The notes under the pieces: model-generated
Database searches by the model: none
Told to the model about the DNA's origin: nothing
What the model saw: the letters and a program-made list of their open reading frames with translations, nothing else
Shown: positions 48,062 through 58,034 of the stretch, piece after piece
How the letters are laid out: every line of letters starts with the position of its first letter
Numbering within the stretch: position 1 is the stretch's first letter
Assembly: GCA_965208675.1 (NCBI GenBank)
Contig: OZ242351.1
Span: 800,001 to 864,000 of the forward strand
Source of the DNA: Candidatus Poribacteria bacterium
GTDB lineage: Bacteria; Poribacteria; WGA-4E; PCPOR2b
Direction: 5' to 3'
DNA: 64,000 bases
Program-made: the position numbers and the translations under genes

Positions 48062-50716
48062 ATGTTTCTTAAGCTGACAATGATGGGTGTCTGTAATCTG
48101 TTTATTCTCGGATTAACAGGTTACATTTTCAGATGCCTCCGAACTAAAACCTTTCATCTTGACCTGCCAATTTTTGGTTTCTTATCGATTTTCAATGCGA
48201 CGTTTTTCACATTTCTCTTCGGCGTCTTTGGTGCCTTGAAACCGGCCTTGATGACGCTTGTTAGCCTCATCGGCTTGTGTGTGATGGCAGTGCATGTCTA
48301 CCGGCGAAGGCTGCTCTCCGCTGCCACACGGACTGCGTTCTTCAATCGGGTAAAGGGCACAGAACTCACCGTCGTCGGGTGGTTTCTCGCCGCGGCGGCA
48401 GTCCTTCAACTGGGGCGCATTGCATTTCATGTTTGGTATATACCGCCTTATGTCCACGACACGCTAACCTACCATCTTCCCAATGTCGCCGAATGGGTGC
48501 AAAAGGCTAGAATCCACGCCATCTCAACGCCAGTCATTCGAAGTAACTGGCCCGCGGCGTTTGAGGTGTTTGAGACCTGGTTCGTCGTTTTCCTACATCA
48601 CGATCTTCTAATTCAACTCGGCAGCGCCGTTTGCTACCTGCTTGCAGTTGCATCGGTATTCGCCATAGGCCGAGCGTTAGGCATGGGAACGCATCTTGCA
48701 GTGGGAGTCGCGTTGCTCTTTGCCTATACACCATCGGTGGCGATTCACGCGACCTCTTGCAAAAACGACCTCGCTGCAGCGGCCTTATACCTGTTTTCAA
48801 TGGCAGTATTGGTGGACCTTTGGCGAAACGGAGACAATGCCAATTTTCCTTTGAATCGCCGGTTGCTGCTATTGGCGATGGCGTTTACCTTCGGTGTGGG
48901 CACTAAGGCATATACGGTTTTTATTGCGCCGGGTCTAATTCTCTTGGGAATTCTTGCGTTGTGCAAACACCGGTTGTTAAAAGCCAGCATCAGTGCGCTG
49001 CATCCCAGGATTTTCCCATCAAAACGGCTACTCTTGCTTTATGCTAGCCTTCTCTTAAGCAGCGGGATTTTGGCGTTCTACTGGTATGTGCGCAACTACC
49101 TGGTCTTTGATAATCCGTTCTATCCGGCCGATTTACGGCTCTTTGGGCATCTTATTTTTGGATCGGGAAACCCGCCCAACCCCGCCATATCTGCCCAATC
49201 TTCCTTTAGCTTGCACTCCATGTGGCAGAACACACGGCACCTCGTGTCTTTCAAGATTTTCGATCAACTCCGATATTACGCAGATTTACATCGCGTTACT
49301 GGCTGGGGCTGGTTTTGTTTTGCGTGTGGAATTTCGTCCGTAATTTACGGTGCAGTGTTTGACAGAAAGGTACGCGCTCTCATCTTCTGTTTTGTTCTTT
49401 CCTTGTTGTCGCTGTTGGGTTGGATATTCGTTGATGATTGGCACGGGCGGTTCCTTCATTTTTTCCCGCCCATCTTTGCGATTGCATTTGGTGCAATGCT
49501 GATGCATCTGCGAATGCGCTGGGTTTGGGCGCCGTTATCGGTGTTTGCCGCTATCTGCAGCCTTTGCAATTTCGTTGCGGTGCTCAATGTCGGTGTATTT
49601 GATAAAGAAAGCATGAAACATCTTATGAACACGCCTACGCTAAAGCGCTCTGCTGCCGACCGAAGTATTCGCTGGTCTGCCGGTGGTGCATATCAAGAGG
49701 TTCATAACCGTCTACCAAAGGATGAAGTTATCGGTTATAACGTTGGAAAAAACCACGTTATCTATCCTCTATTCGACAGCGACTTTTCCCGCCATCTCCA
49801 CTACATTCCCAATTCGATTGAAGACGTTAGAGATTATATGATATCTGAGGGAATCCACTACCTGTACGCCCCCGAAACGGGAGAACGGGGCGCGTGGGCA
49901 GATCCTTATGTCGGCCATCAAATTGGAATTCGGAACGGCAGAATGGCAACATGGTTCAACGTTCAGTCGGTCAACCGCGAATACGATTCCGGAACTATTC
50001 GCGCCGACGAATGGACACACCTCGCTTTTACCTTCAATGGGCAAGAGACCGTATCTTACGTGAACGGCGAAGTCGCAGCCAAACATACAGACCGACGAGG
50101 AAATATTGAATTTAGGGAAAATCCACATTTTGTTATTGGAGACCGATCTAACGCCGCGCCGGGTGAGCCTTTCAAGGGTTTGGTCGATGAAGTCACACTG
50201 TTCAATCGTGTGTTACGTCAACAAGAAATTGAAGCGGTAATGAACCGCGGGGTTGTTCCAGCTGTACGTGTCGATAACACATCATCCGTGACTTCAGCGA
50301 ACGCCGATGGTCTGGTAGCTTACTATACATTTGAGGAAGATACTAGAGACGTGTCGGGGAATGGACACGATGGAAAAATGGTCAGTGTTGTCGAGCTAAT
50401 TCCAGATGATGGGGCACCTATTCCCAACGGCAATGGGTGTGTCCGGTTTTCGGGTCGTTCGGGCGCGATGTTGAATTGCGGCAACGCACCAGAACTCCGA
50501 ATTGCGCAAAATTTGACGTTGATGGCATGGGTCAAAGCCGAAACAGTTGATCCTACGCAGTTCGTTGCAGGTCCAGCTTACGCTGGTGGAAAATGGTATA
50601 ATAATTCGCACATTCGAAATGCGTTTCGCAAAGGGGAACTCATTAAAATATCGGAGCATCTTTATGCGCTTAAGTCGACTCAAACAGATAGTCGGATTCA
50701 TGATTCTACCGATTAA
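48062..50716 (+). CDS. Polytopic membrane protein (GT-C/ArnT-like) with inserted circularly permuted LamG domain
   Basis: DTLTYHLP, KNDL, GVGTK, WYVRNY..FDNPFYP; LamG halves in reversed order at 49889-50600. Confidence 0.8.
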   Translation: MFLKLTMMGVCNLFILGLTGYIFRCLRTKTFHLDLPIFGFLSIFNATFFTFLFGVFGALKPALMTLVSLIGLCVMAVHVYRRRLLSAATRTAFFNRVKGTELTVVGWFLAAAAVLQLGRIAFHVWYIPPYVHDTLTYHLPNVAEWVQKARIHAISTPVIRSNWPAAFEVFETWFVVFLHHDLLIQLGSAVCYLLAVASVFAIGRALGMGTHLAVGVALLFAYTPSVAIHATSCKNDLAAAALYLFSMAVLVDLWRNGDNANFPLNRRLLLLAMAFTFGVGTKAYTVFIAPGLILLGILALCKHRLLKASISALHPRIFPSKRLLLLYASLLLSSGILAFYWYVRNYLVFDNPFYPADLRLFGHLIFGSGNPPNPAISAQSSFSLHSMWQNTRHLVSFKIFDQLRYYADLHRVTGWGWFCFACGISSVIYGAVFDRKVRALIFCFVLSLLSLLGWIFVDDWHGRFLHFFPPIFAIAFGAMLMHLRMRWVWAPLSVFAAICSLCNFVAVLNVGVFDKESMKHLMNTPTLKRSAADRSIRWSAGGAYQEVHNRLPKDEVIGYNVGKNHVIYPLFDSDFSRHLHYIPNSIEDVRDYMISEGIHYLYAPETGERGAWADPYVGHQIGIRNGRMATWFNVQSVNREYDSGTIRADEWTHLAFTFNGQETVSYVNGEVAAKHTDRRGNIEFRENPHFVIGDRSNAAPGEPFKGLVDEVTLFNRVLRQQEIEAVMNRGVVPAVRVDNTSSVTSANADGLVAYYTFEEDTRDVSGNGHDGKMVSVVELIPDDGAPIPNGNGCVRFSGRSGAMLNCGNAPELRIAQNLTLMAWVKAETVDPTQFVAGPAYAGGKWYNNSHIRNAFRKGELIKISEHLYALKSTQTDSRIHDSTD

Positions 50717-50862
50717 TTTGTGTTTATTTTACGTTTACTTCACCAAGCAAGCCAAGTTCTCGTTCGAGTTCATATTGTCACTGTTGCGGCGTTGAGTCAG
50801 TTGTCCGCGAATTCGTATAGTAGACGGCACACGGAGTGTACTTGCTGCTTTATGTTTTTTGC

Positions 50863-50891
50863 TTGACCGACCTACCTCCAAGTGATATGAT
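50863..50891 (+). promoter_or_regulatory. Sigma70 promoter for def
   Basis: TTGACC-17 bp-TATGAT. Confidence 0.55.
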
Positions 50892-50945
50892 TAGTGTCTA
50901 TTTCAAGGGAAATTTCATGAACTAAGGCAGGGTGTTTTCCTAGCG

Positions 50946-51557
50946 ATGGCAAAGCGCGGACGAAAAAAAAGGACAGCCTCGCCGCCAAGACCGAGGTTTT
51001 CCCGAACGCCGGAGGATGACGTATCGAACTACAACAATAAAGGGCCTCTCCGCATTCGACTCTATGGAGATCCGGTGTTGCGCCAAAAAGCGCTGCCCAT
51101 TCCGAAAATAACCGACGTTGAGCAGAAACTTGCTGAAGACATGTTGGCGACAATGTATGCCGCACCAAACGGCGTTGGGCTAGCAGCACCACAAGTGGGC
51201 GTTTTGAAGCGATTGATTGTAATTGACCTGAATCGAGATGATGTATCTAGCAAACCGTTAGTGTTGATTAATCCTGAAACACAGCGTCTTGATGGCGAAT
51301 CAATTGAAGATGAAGGCTGCTTAAGCATACCTAATATTACGGCGGAAGTCAAACGCGCCAACGAGGCGGTAGTTTCTGCGTTGAACTTGGATGAAGAGAT
51401 AGTCTCCGTCAAGACTGAAGGCTTACTCGCGCGCGTATTGCAGCATGAAATCGACCATCTTGACGGCGTCCTATTTATCGATCGCGTTAAGGGATTAAAG
51501 CGCCAGGTCTTGCGAAAGAAATTACGGAAACTCAAACATAACACGCTACGCCAGTAA
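50946..51557 (+). CDS. def: Peptide deformylase
   Basis: GVGLAAPQVG, EGCLS, QHEIDHLDG. Confidence 0.97.
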   Translation: MAKRGRKKRTASPPRPRFSRTPEDDVSNYNNKGPLRIRLYGDPVLRQKALPIPKITDVEQKLAEDMLATMYAAPNGVGLAAPQVGVLKRLIVIDLNRDDVSSKPLVLINPETQRLDGESIEDEGCLSIPNITAEVKRANEAVVSALNLDEEIVSVKTEGLLARVLQHEIDHLDGVLFIDRVKGLKRQVLRKKLRKLKHNTLRQ

Positions 51558-51685
51558 AGTGTTAACACAGCAGAACGGGTTGATACAAAGACGGGAAAGT
51601 AACGTGCACTCAAAATTCACGCTTGAGTATTTTAGCTTTGAGATCGAGGCATTGCACCAAGAATAGCCGTGTTGTCACGTAAGTA

Positions 51686-52528
51686 TTGTCTATGACAAAA
51701 GAAGCTGAATCTTTCAGTACACATCAGAAGTTAAATTTGCTTTTCGAGCGCATAAAATCCTACGGAAGTGTAATTGTGGCATTTTCAGGTGGGGTTGATA
51801 GCACGTTCTTAACTGAATGTGCCCACCGCACGCTCGGGAAGGACGCCCTTGCCGTGACAGCGATCTCGGATTCTTACCCCGAACGCGAGATGGAAGCGGC
51901 ACGGGAAATTGCCGAATTGATAGGCATTCGATTTGAAACGATACATACGGAAGAACTTGAGATTGAAGGATATACAAGCAATCCCACTAACCGTTGTTAC
52001 TTTTGCAAAACTGAACTATTTGATAAACTCCGCCCCATCGCTGAGAAATATCAAATTGGCACGGTTGTTTACGGCGCAATCCCAGATGACATCGGGGATT
52101 TTCGGCCTGGCATGGATGCAGCGAAAGCCATGGGCGTTCAAGCGCCTCTCATTGATGTAGGTTTGACAAAAGCAGAAATCCGGGAACTATTAAGAGATTG
52201 GGGCTTTCCGATATGGGATAAACCTGCGTTCGCTTGTTTGTCATCTCGATTTCCTTACGGGACGAGAATTACTCGCCAAAACCTGCGGAGGATTGATGCG
52301 GCGGAGCAGATTCTGTATGATTTGGGAATTCGTCAATTCCGCGTGCGTAATCATGAAAACCTAGCGCGGATTGAACTTAATCCAGAAGAGATCGAACACA
52401 TGGCCGCCAAACAGATTCGTGCCCAAATCTATGAAGAGTTAACGTCTCTGGGCTATCAGTTCGTCACCCTGGATTTACAGGGGTACAGGCCGGGCAGTTT
52501 AAACGAGGGACTGCAAATTCCAACATAG
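51686..52528 (+). CDS. larE: ATP-dependent sacrificial sulfur transferase LarE
   Basis: AFSGGVDS PP-loop, RCYFCK, FRPG, ACLSSRFPYG, FRVRNH, GYRPGSLN. Confidence 0.92.
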   Translation: MSMTKEAESFSTHQKLNLLFERIKSYGSVIVAFSGGVDSTFLTECAHRTLGKDALAVTAISDSYPEREMEAAREIAELIGIRFETIHTEELEIEGYTSNPTNRCYFCKTELFDKLRPIAEKYQIGTVVYGAIPDDIGDFRPGMDAAKAMGVQAPLIDVGLTKAEIRELLRDWGFPIWDKPAFACLSSRFPYGTRITRQNLRRIDAAEQILYDLGIRQFRVRNHENLARIELNPEEIEHMAAKQIRAQIYEELTSLGYQFVTLDLQGYRPGSLNEGLQIPT

Positions 52529-52575
52529 CAGCCAGCGTTCTTCAATGCTGTAAAAATATAATCTGGAAAAAAACA

Positions 52576-53913
52576 GTGCTGCAACAACACACGGAATCCG
52601 TTCGACCAGCTGAACCGATGATTGGCGCCGAGATATTCAATTGGACCAAGTGGGATGCTTGTACCCACTGCGGATTGTGCCTGCCGACTTGTCCTACGTA
52701 CCGTGAGCTGGGCCTGGAGACCGATTCCCCGCGCGGCAGACTCTATCTTATGGGTGCTGCATTTAGGGATGGAGATCCCGTTCCTCTCAATGATGACTGG
52801 GCAAAGTATATGTACCGGTGCTTGGATTGCCGTGCGTGCGAAACAGCGTGTCCTTCCGGGGTGCATTTTGGAGAGATAATGGAGGAAGCGCGCGCGATTT
52901 ACGAACTTAATACGAACCGTCCTGCAGAAGAAAAGTTTTGGAGGCGATTTGCCTTCAAGGAGATTCTCCCGCACAAGAAACGGTTGGATCTTATCTTCGG
53001 TGCGCTGTGGCTGTATCAACGGCTTGGAATTCGTTGGTTTGCCCAAAAGTCGGGTTTGCTCAGGTTAATGGGGAAACTAGGTGAAGTGGAGCCGCTCATG
53101 CCCACGGTTTCCAATCCGTACCTAAAATCCAAACTTCAGGAGTTCACACCGTCAAAAGGAAAAGCTCAATATCGGGTTGGGTTTATTTCCGGATGTGTCA
53201 TGAATCAGGTATTTGCAGAGACGAACTTGGCAACTGTCCGCGTACTAATCGAGAATGGCTGCGATGTCATCACGCCGGCTGCGCAGACTTGCTGCGGCGC
53301 ATTGCATGTCCACAATGGTGTGCGTGATGTTGGCTTGGACCTTGCGCGACAAAATATTGATACGTTTAGTGCGGAAGACCTAGACGCGATAATTATAAAC
53401 GCAGCGGGATGCGGCGCCACGCTCAAAGAATACGGGAGTTTGTTGGAACGGGATCCCATGTATGCCGAAAAATCGAAGGCGTTTAGTGCGAAGATGAGGG
53501 ACATTAGTGAGTTCCTTGCCGAGATTGGCATGAAGCCGCCTGAAGGCGTGATTAATCGCCGCGTGACGTACGACGAACCGTGCCATCTCGTACATGGGCA
53601 GGGAAGTCGACTCCAGCCTCGCAGTGTGCTGCAGTCTATTCCGGGACTGGATTTTATCGAATTGCATGAATCGGAATGGTGTTGCGGCAGTGCGGGGATT
53701 TATAACATTACACAACCAGAGATGTCGGCGCGGATACTGAAGCGTAAGATGGAACACATTGCGGAAGTGGACGCAGAAGTCGTCGCTACGGGCAATCCGG
53801 GTTGTGTTTTGCAACTGCAACTAGGCATTCAAAAACACAACTTACCGATGAAAGTGATGCACCCGATTGAACTACTTGATTGTTCTTATCGGGAGGTAGA
53901 TCCGCTTGGGTAA
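52576..53913 (+). CDS. glcF: Glycolate oxidase iron-sulfur subunit-like Fe-S protein
   Basis: CTHCGLCLPTCPTY, SPRGR, CLDCRACETACPSGV, two CCG domains. Confidence 0.9.
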   Translation: MLQQHTESVRPAEPMIGAEIFNWTKWDACTHCGLCLPTCPTYRELGLETDSPRGRLYLMGAAFRDGDPVPLNDDWAKYMYRCLDCRACETACPSGVHFGEIMEEARAIYELNTNRPAEEKFWRRFAFKEILPHKKRLDLIFGALWLYQRLGIRWFAQKSGLLRLMGKLGEVEPLMPTVSNPYLKSKLQEFTPSKGKAQYRVGFISGCVMNQVFAETNLATVRVLIENGCDVITPAAQTCCGALHVHNGVRDVGLDLARQNIDTFSAEDLDAIIINAAGCGATLKEYGSLLERDPMYAEKSKAFSAKMRDISEFLAEIGMKPPEGVINRRVTYDEPCHLVHGQGSRLQPRSVLQSIPGLDFIELHESEWCCGSAGIYNITQPEMSARILKRKMEHIAEVDAEVVATGNPGCVLQLQLGIQKHNLPMKVMHPIELLDCSYREVDPLG

Positions 53914-54014
53914 TTCGGCGCGTACAAATAGGCTTCACCTCAAACAGACTAACTTTCGCAATTTACTGGTGTACCAGCGTAAAGAAAGCCCACACCAGTT
54001 CCCACGTCCAAGAT

Positions 54015-55292
54015 TTACGTTGGCAATTCATGTTTGACGAACTTGCCTTCGATCATGACTGCTTTGGGGTTCAATTCGGCGTCTAGAATGACAAGATCCG
54101 CGTCTTTTCCGGGTGCAATTGAGCCCTTCTGATTATCCAATTTGAGACTTTTCGCGGGCGTGAGGGTCGCCATAGTCACGGCTTCCTCTAAGGAATATCC
54201 CCAACTGACGACGTTTCGCAATCCCTCCATCAGCGTAATCATCCCACCATAGAGTCTCGCGTCGCGTTCCCCCAGGTTTATCCAGACGGCTCGGTTTTTG
54301 ATGTAATAGTTAAGATTGGAGCCGGCGGATAATTTTTCCCAATCTAGCCGGTAAGCGTCGAGATTAGGCTCATACACTGAATGTTGTATCCACTCCTCTT
54401 TTGCAATACCCGCCAACGCGGTGCTATCCGTAACCAGTCCTACGCCTTCAATCCCTTTCCACATAATTAGCGTTTTCGCCCAAATAGGATTGACGTGTTG
54501 TCCATCGACGATGATTTCCGCATGAATCTTGGGATGCGTGAAGATCGCTTCGACTGCACCGAGGTTTCGGTGGTGCATGCCGCTCATGCCATTAAATGTG
54601 TGCGTCGCCCGTGTAATCCCAGCGTCTATTGCTGCCATGGCTTGGTCATACGTAGCGTTTGTATGTCCCATCGCAATGGTGATGTTATTGTAGGCTTCTT
54701 CACTGTAAGTGGCAAGGTGTTTGGTAAATTCTAGACCGTCATCATCTTCCGGTGCAATTGAAATTATTTTAATGGTGCCGTCTGAAGCCGCCCACATGGC
54801 GTGGAAATCTTCAAAATTCGGGGGACAAATGTACTCTAAATTTTGAGCACCCCGCTTTTCACGGCTCCCGAATTTTCCTTCCACGTAGGATCCCAGAATA
54901 CGCGCACCACCTTCAATGGGATTGTTCGCGAGGTATCCCACGGCTTCAAGCGATTGATTGATTTGTTCCATGCTTGCTGATGAGATTGTTAATACTATTG
55001 AAGTGACGCCTTGCACGGCGTGCGCTCGAGCTGTTTTTTCTAAATCCTTAGCATCGCTGAAAAGTGTGTCGGCACCGCCACCCCCGTGAACCAGCGTATC
55101 GATTAAGCCAGGAATCACGATGCAATCCGCCGCGTTGACAACAGTTGCCGATTGGTATTCGGATGCGTCGAACGATTCAGTACCAATCGAATAAATCTTG
55201 TCACCTCTAATGATGATGTTGCTTTTCGACTGATACAAGGGAGCATAAACCTCTCCGCCAATAATGGCGATTTTTGTATCATCTGGTGTCAT
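54015..55292 (-). CDS. nagA: N-acetylglucosamine-6-phosphate deacetylase (divergent)
   Basis: PGLID..HGGGG, RGAQ, IAPE, GHTNAT, THTFNGM..HHR, IVDGQH, LVTD, GKDADLV. Confidence 0.85.
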   Translation of the reverse strand: MTPDDTKIAIIGGEVYAPLYQSKSNIIIRGDKIYSIGTESFDASEYQSATVVNAADCIVIPGLIDTLVHGGGGADTLFSDAKDLEKTARAHAVQGVTSIVLTISSASMEQINQSLEAVGYLANNPIEGGARILGSYVEGKFGSREKRGAQNLEYICPPNFEDFHAMWAASDGTIKIISIAPEDDDGLEFTKHLATYSEEAYNNITIAMGHTNATYDQAMAAIDAGITRATHTFNGMSGMHHRNLGAVEAIFTHPKIHAEIIVDGQHVNPIWAKTLIMWKGIEGVGLVTDSTALAGIAKEEWIQHSVYEPNLDAYRLDWEKLSAGSNLNYYIKNRAVWINLGERDARLYGGMITLMEGLRNVVSWGYSLEEAVTMATLTPAKSLKLDNQKGSIAPGKDADLVILDAELNPKAVMIEGKFVKHELPT

Positions 55293-55503
55293 TTAGCATT
55301 CCATTTGATAGTTAAAATATTTTTCAATGGATTAGGAGTGTCGACCACGCGTCCATCTAGCAACGGGATTGCAAGAGATTAACCATGTATTGAAGATTTG
55401 CTAACTCAGTGATCGTAACCCGGGTTTCAGCTAACATAGGCTGAGTGTTTTGGGATAATTGGGTATTGACGGTGAATCGAAGGATTTCCATTTCTAGAAA
55501 CAG

Positions 55504-56250
55504 TCAATACGTTGCTCTGCCGCCACTCACATCGTAACACTGCCCCGTAACGAAACTTGCGTCGTCCGAAGCCAAGAAATGAACGACAGCGGCAACTTCC
55601 TCGGGCTTTCCCACCCGGCCTAACGGAATCTTGCTGACCATATAATCAATCGTAGACTGGCTTACTTGTTCGAGGATGCTTGTATCAATAACGGCTGGTG
55701 ATACACAATTAACGAATATGTTGTGCGCCGTGACCTCTTTGGCAAGTGCTTTAGTCAGGCAAATGACACCTGCCTTTGAAGCAGAGTAAGGAATAAGTGT
55801 TGGATTTCCTTCCTTGCCGGCGATTGAGGCAACATTCACAATCTTGCCGTACCGCCGCTGAATCATATGATCGATTACGGCTTTGCAGCAGAGGAAAACA
55901 CCCTTTAAATTTAAATCTATGACCTTATCCCAGTCGGATTCATCCAATTCCGTCAGCGGCGCAGTTTTGCCAGCGATGCCTGCATTGTTTATCAGAATAT
56001 CAATTTGTTCAAACGTGCTCAATGTCCGTTGGACCATGTCTTGAATCTCATCTCGTTTTGAGACATCAGCTTGTATGGGGAGCACTTGACATTGCGACGC
56101 TTCAATCTCTTGCGTTACTTCTTTAATGCTTTCCAAATCAATATCTACTAGGACAACGTCCGCTCCCGCCTGAGCGATGCGAAGTGCTATCGCCCGCCCA
56201 ATGCCTTTTCCCGCGCCAGTTACAATCGCAACCCTTCCGCTTAGGTTCAT
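55504..56250 (-). CDS. Short-chain dehydrogenase/reductase (FabG-like)
   Basis: TGAGKGIG, NNAG, YSASK. Confidence 0.93.
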   Translation of the reverse strand: MNLSGRVAIVTGAGKGIGRAIALRIAQAGADVVLVDIDLESIKEVTQEIEASQCQVLPIQADVSKRDEIQDMVQRTLSTFEQIDILINNAGIAGKTAPLTELDESDWDKVIDLNLKGVFLCCKAVIDHMIQRRYGKIVNVASIAGKEGNPTLIPYSASKAGVICLTKALAKEVTAHNIFVNCVSPAVIDTSILEQVSQSTIDYMVSKIPLGRVGKPEEVAAVVHFLASDDASFVTGQCYDVSGGRATY

Positions 56251-56407
56251 AAGCCCCCCCTTGTGTCACTTGAGTCTATTGCAGTCGTACAATACCAACA
56301 TTGAATGTTGGAATGAATGTAAATTGGTTTAATCGAAATGGATCGGAATTTTGGTGAATATGGTGATTATCCGTAGAGAACAGGTGGAAGAAAAACCCAA
56401 GGATGTA

Positions 56408-57064
56408 TCAACCATTGACCCGAAAATCATACAGCCCATGACGGAATATTACAACCCCGTTCATATTAGTTATATTGATTTTTATCTCATATCGACTAAA
56501 CCAAGCAACAAGCCCTGTTACAATTTCGCCCCCATGAAGCGTCGCCGTGACCAAAATTCTATCTTTGCAGCATTTATTGAGGATGTTGTCCTCAACGTGG
56601 AATCGATCGGATTTTGGGACGATAGCGTCTAGCTTCCGGCATTTCAATGCTTCATCGAAAACAATGTGCGGCAAAATTTGATATGCTTGATTTCGTTTAT
56701 ACATGTATTTGATACTCATTTTTTCAATTCGCCGGACCTTCCCGTCGGACAAAACATCTAAAGTGTAAGTCAGCCGGCGAATGATAACACCTACAAGCGT
56801 TTCGCCGTACCGTGCAAAAACCATGAGTGTCTTCTTTCGAATCTGCTTTTGGACGTAAGAACGGCCGAATCCCTCTGCACGGATTTGCGCCAACAATTTT
56901 GGGGCTAATTGACGGCGTGCCGGTGTATTCCGAGATTTATTATCCCGTTGCCTCCGTGCTTGTCCGTATGATACTTGGGACTGGGTGAAATACATCTGTG
57001 CTGCAGAAACTGAACCCCGTGAATCGCTTTGAGCGCGCAAGAAATGGGTTGTTGGATTTACCAT
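56408..57064 (-). CDS. Hypothetical basic protein with two putative Sm/Hfq-like domains
   Basis: VTATLHGGEIVTGLVAWFSRYEIKI..VVIFRHGL resembles Hfq Sm1/Sm2. Confidence 0.6.
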   Translation of the reverse strand: MVNPTTHFLRAQSDSRGSVSAAQMYFTQSQVSYGQARRQRDNKSRNTPARRQLAPKLLAQIRAEGFGRSYVQKQIRKKTLMVFARYGETLVGVIIRRLTYTLDVLSDGKVRRIEKMSIKYMYKRNQAYQILPHIVFDEALKCRKLDAIVPKSDRFHVEDNILNKCCKDRILVTATLHGGEIVTGLVAWFSRYEIKINITNMNGVVIFRHGLYDFRVNG

Positions 57065-57316
57065 TAGCGAGTTGAGTTCCTCATACCGGTTGCACGCGGC
57101 ATCGGCGGCGGTAGATTATTTAGAAACATGTATGTTTCAGTTCGTGAAATTGCCTGGTGTGGTTCATCAGCACACACTGCGATGTTTCTGCTGGAAAAAT
57201 TATCCTACTCTAATCCGGGCGCGATTTCACCTTTTATGCAATGAAATCAGGTTAAAATTCGTCTTTGCGTAGTACCGTCTTAAGAGTTTCATACTCGGTA
57301 AATAACCTGAATTATG

Positions 57317-57345
57317 TTGATAACGCATAGGAATTTTGGTATAAT
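57317..57345 (+). promoter_or_regulatory. Sigma70 promoter for the DUF1232 gene
   Basis: TTGATA-17 bp-TATAAT with TG extended -10. Confidence 0.6.
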
Positions 57346-57361
57346 TCGTCTGTTTTAACTC

Positions 57362-57736
57362 ATGCAGTCACGGTATGGTGCAATTATGCGATCGCCTTTT
57401 TTCGGTGGAAAAACTCCCAGGACGTTCCGTTTTCTACGCTTCCTTTATCACCTTCCGAATTTCGTTAAACTGACTTGGCGTTTGTTTTGGGACCCGCGTG
57501 TACCGGTTCATCGTAAGGCAATTCTCGTGATTTTTTGTATGCTCGCGATCGTTCTGTCGGTGGCTTACTTTTATCTTCCCTTTGACGCGATTCCTGATTT
57601 CCTTCCCATTGGAAGAGGTGATGATCTGCTCATCGGAATTTTCTTGATTTTGGTTCCAGGTGCATGGTTGTTCATCAAATGTTGCCCGGACGAAATCGTG
57701 AATGAACATGTTGACCAGATATCGAAGCGACATTGA
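57362..57736 (+). CDS. DUF1232 (YkvA-like) membrane protein
   Basis: DPRVP..K, YFYLPFDAIPDFLPIGRGDD; start may be 57386. Confidence 0.85.
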   Translation: MQSRYGAIMRSPFFGGKTPRTFRFLRFLYHLPNFVKLTWRLFWDPRVPVHRKAILVIFCMLAIVLSVAYFYLPFDAIPDFLPIGRGDDLLIGIFLILVPGAWLFIKCCPDEIVNEHVDQISKRH

Positions 57737-58034
57737 AATCGCCACAAAGATTATCATTGCGGAGCGGCGGGTATCAATTTATCTCACGACTAGCGCCAGC
57801 GCTATCCTCGAGTACGACTAAAAAGAGAATACCACGACATTGCAAAACACGCAACTAGAAAGTAGGAGGATACGCGTATTCTGATGTCCCTTTCGTCTTG
57901 ATGTGTATGTCTCGATTTGCTAAAATAGTCGTCTTGTTGAGATTCTCGTGAATTCGTCATATACACCATGTGAAGCAAAGTTTTATGAACATCGCTTTTA
58001 TTGTGATTTTGGGGAATAACAGAAGGAGAAGCTG

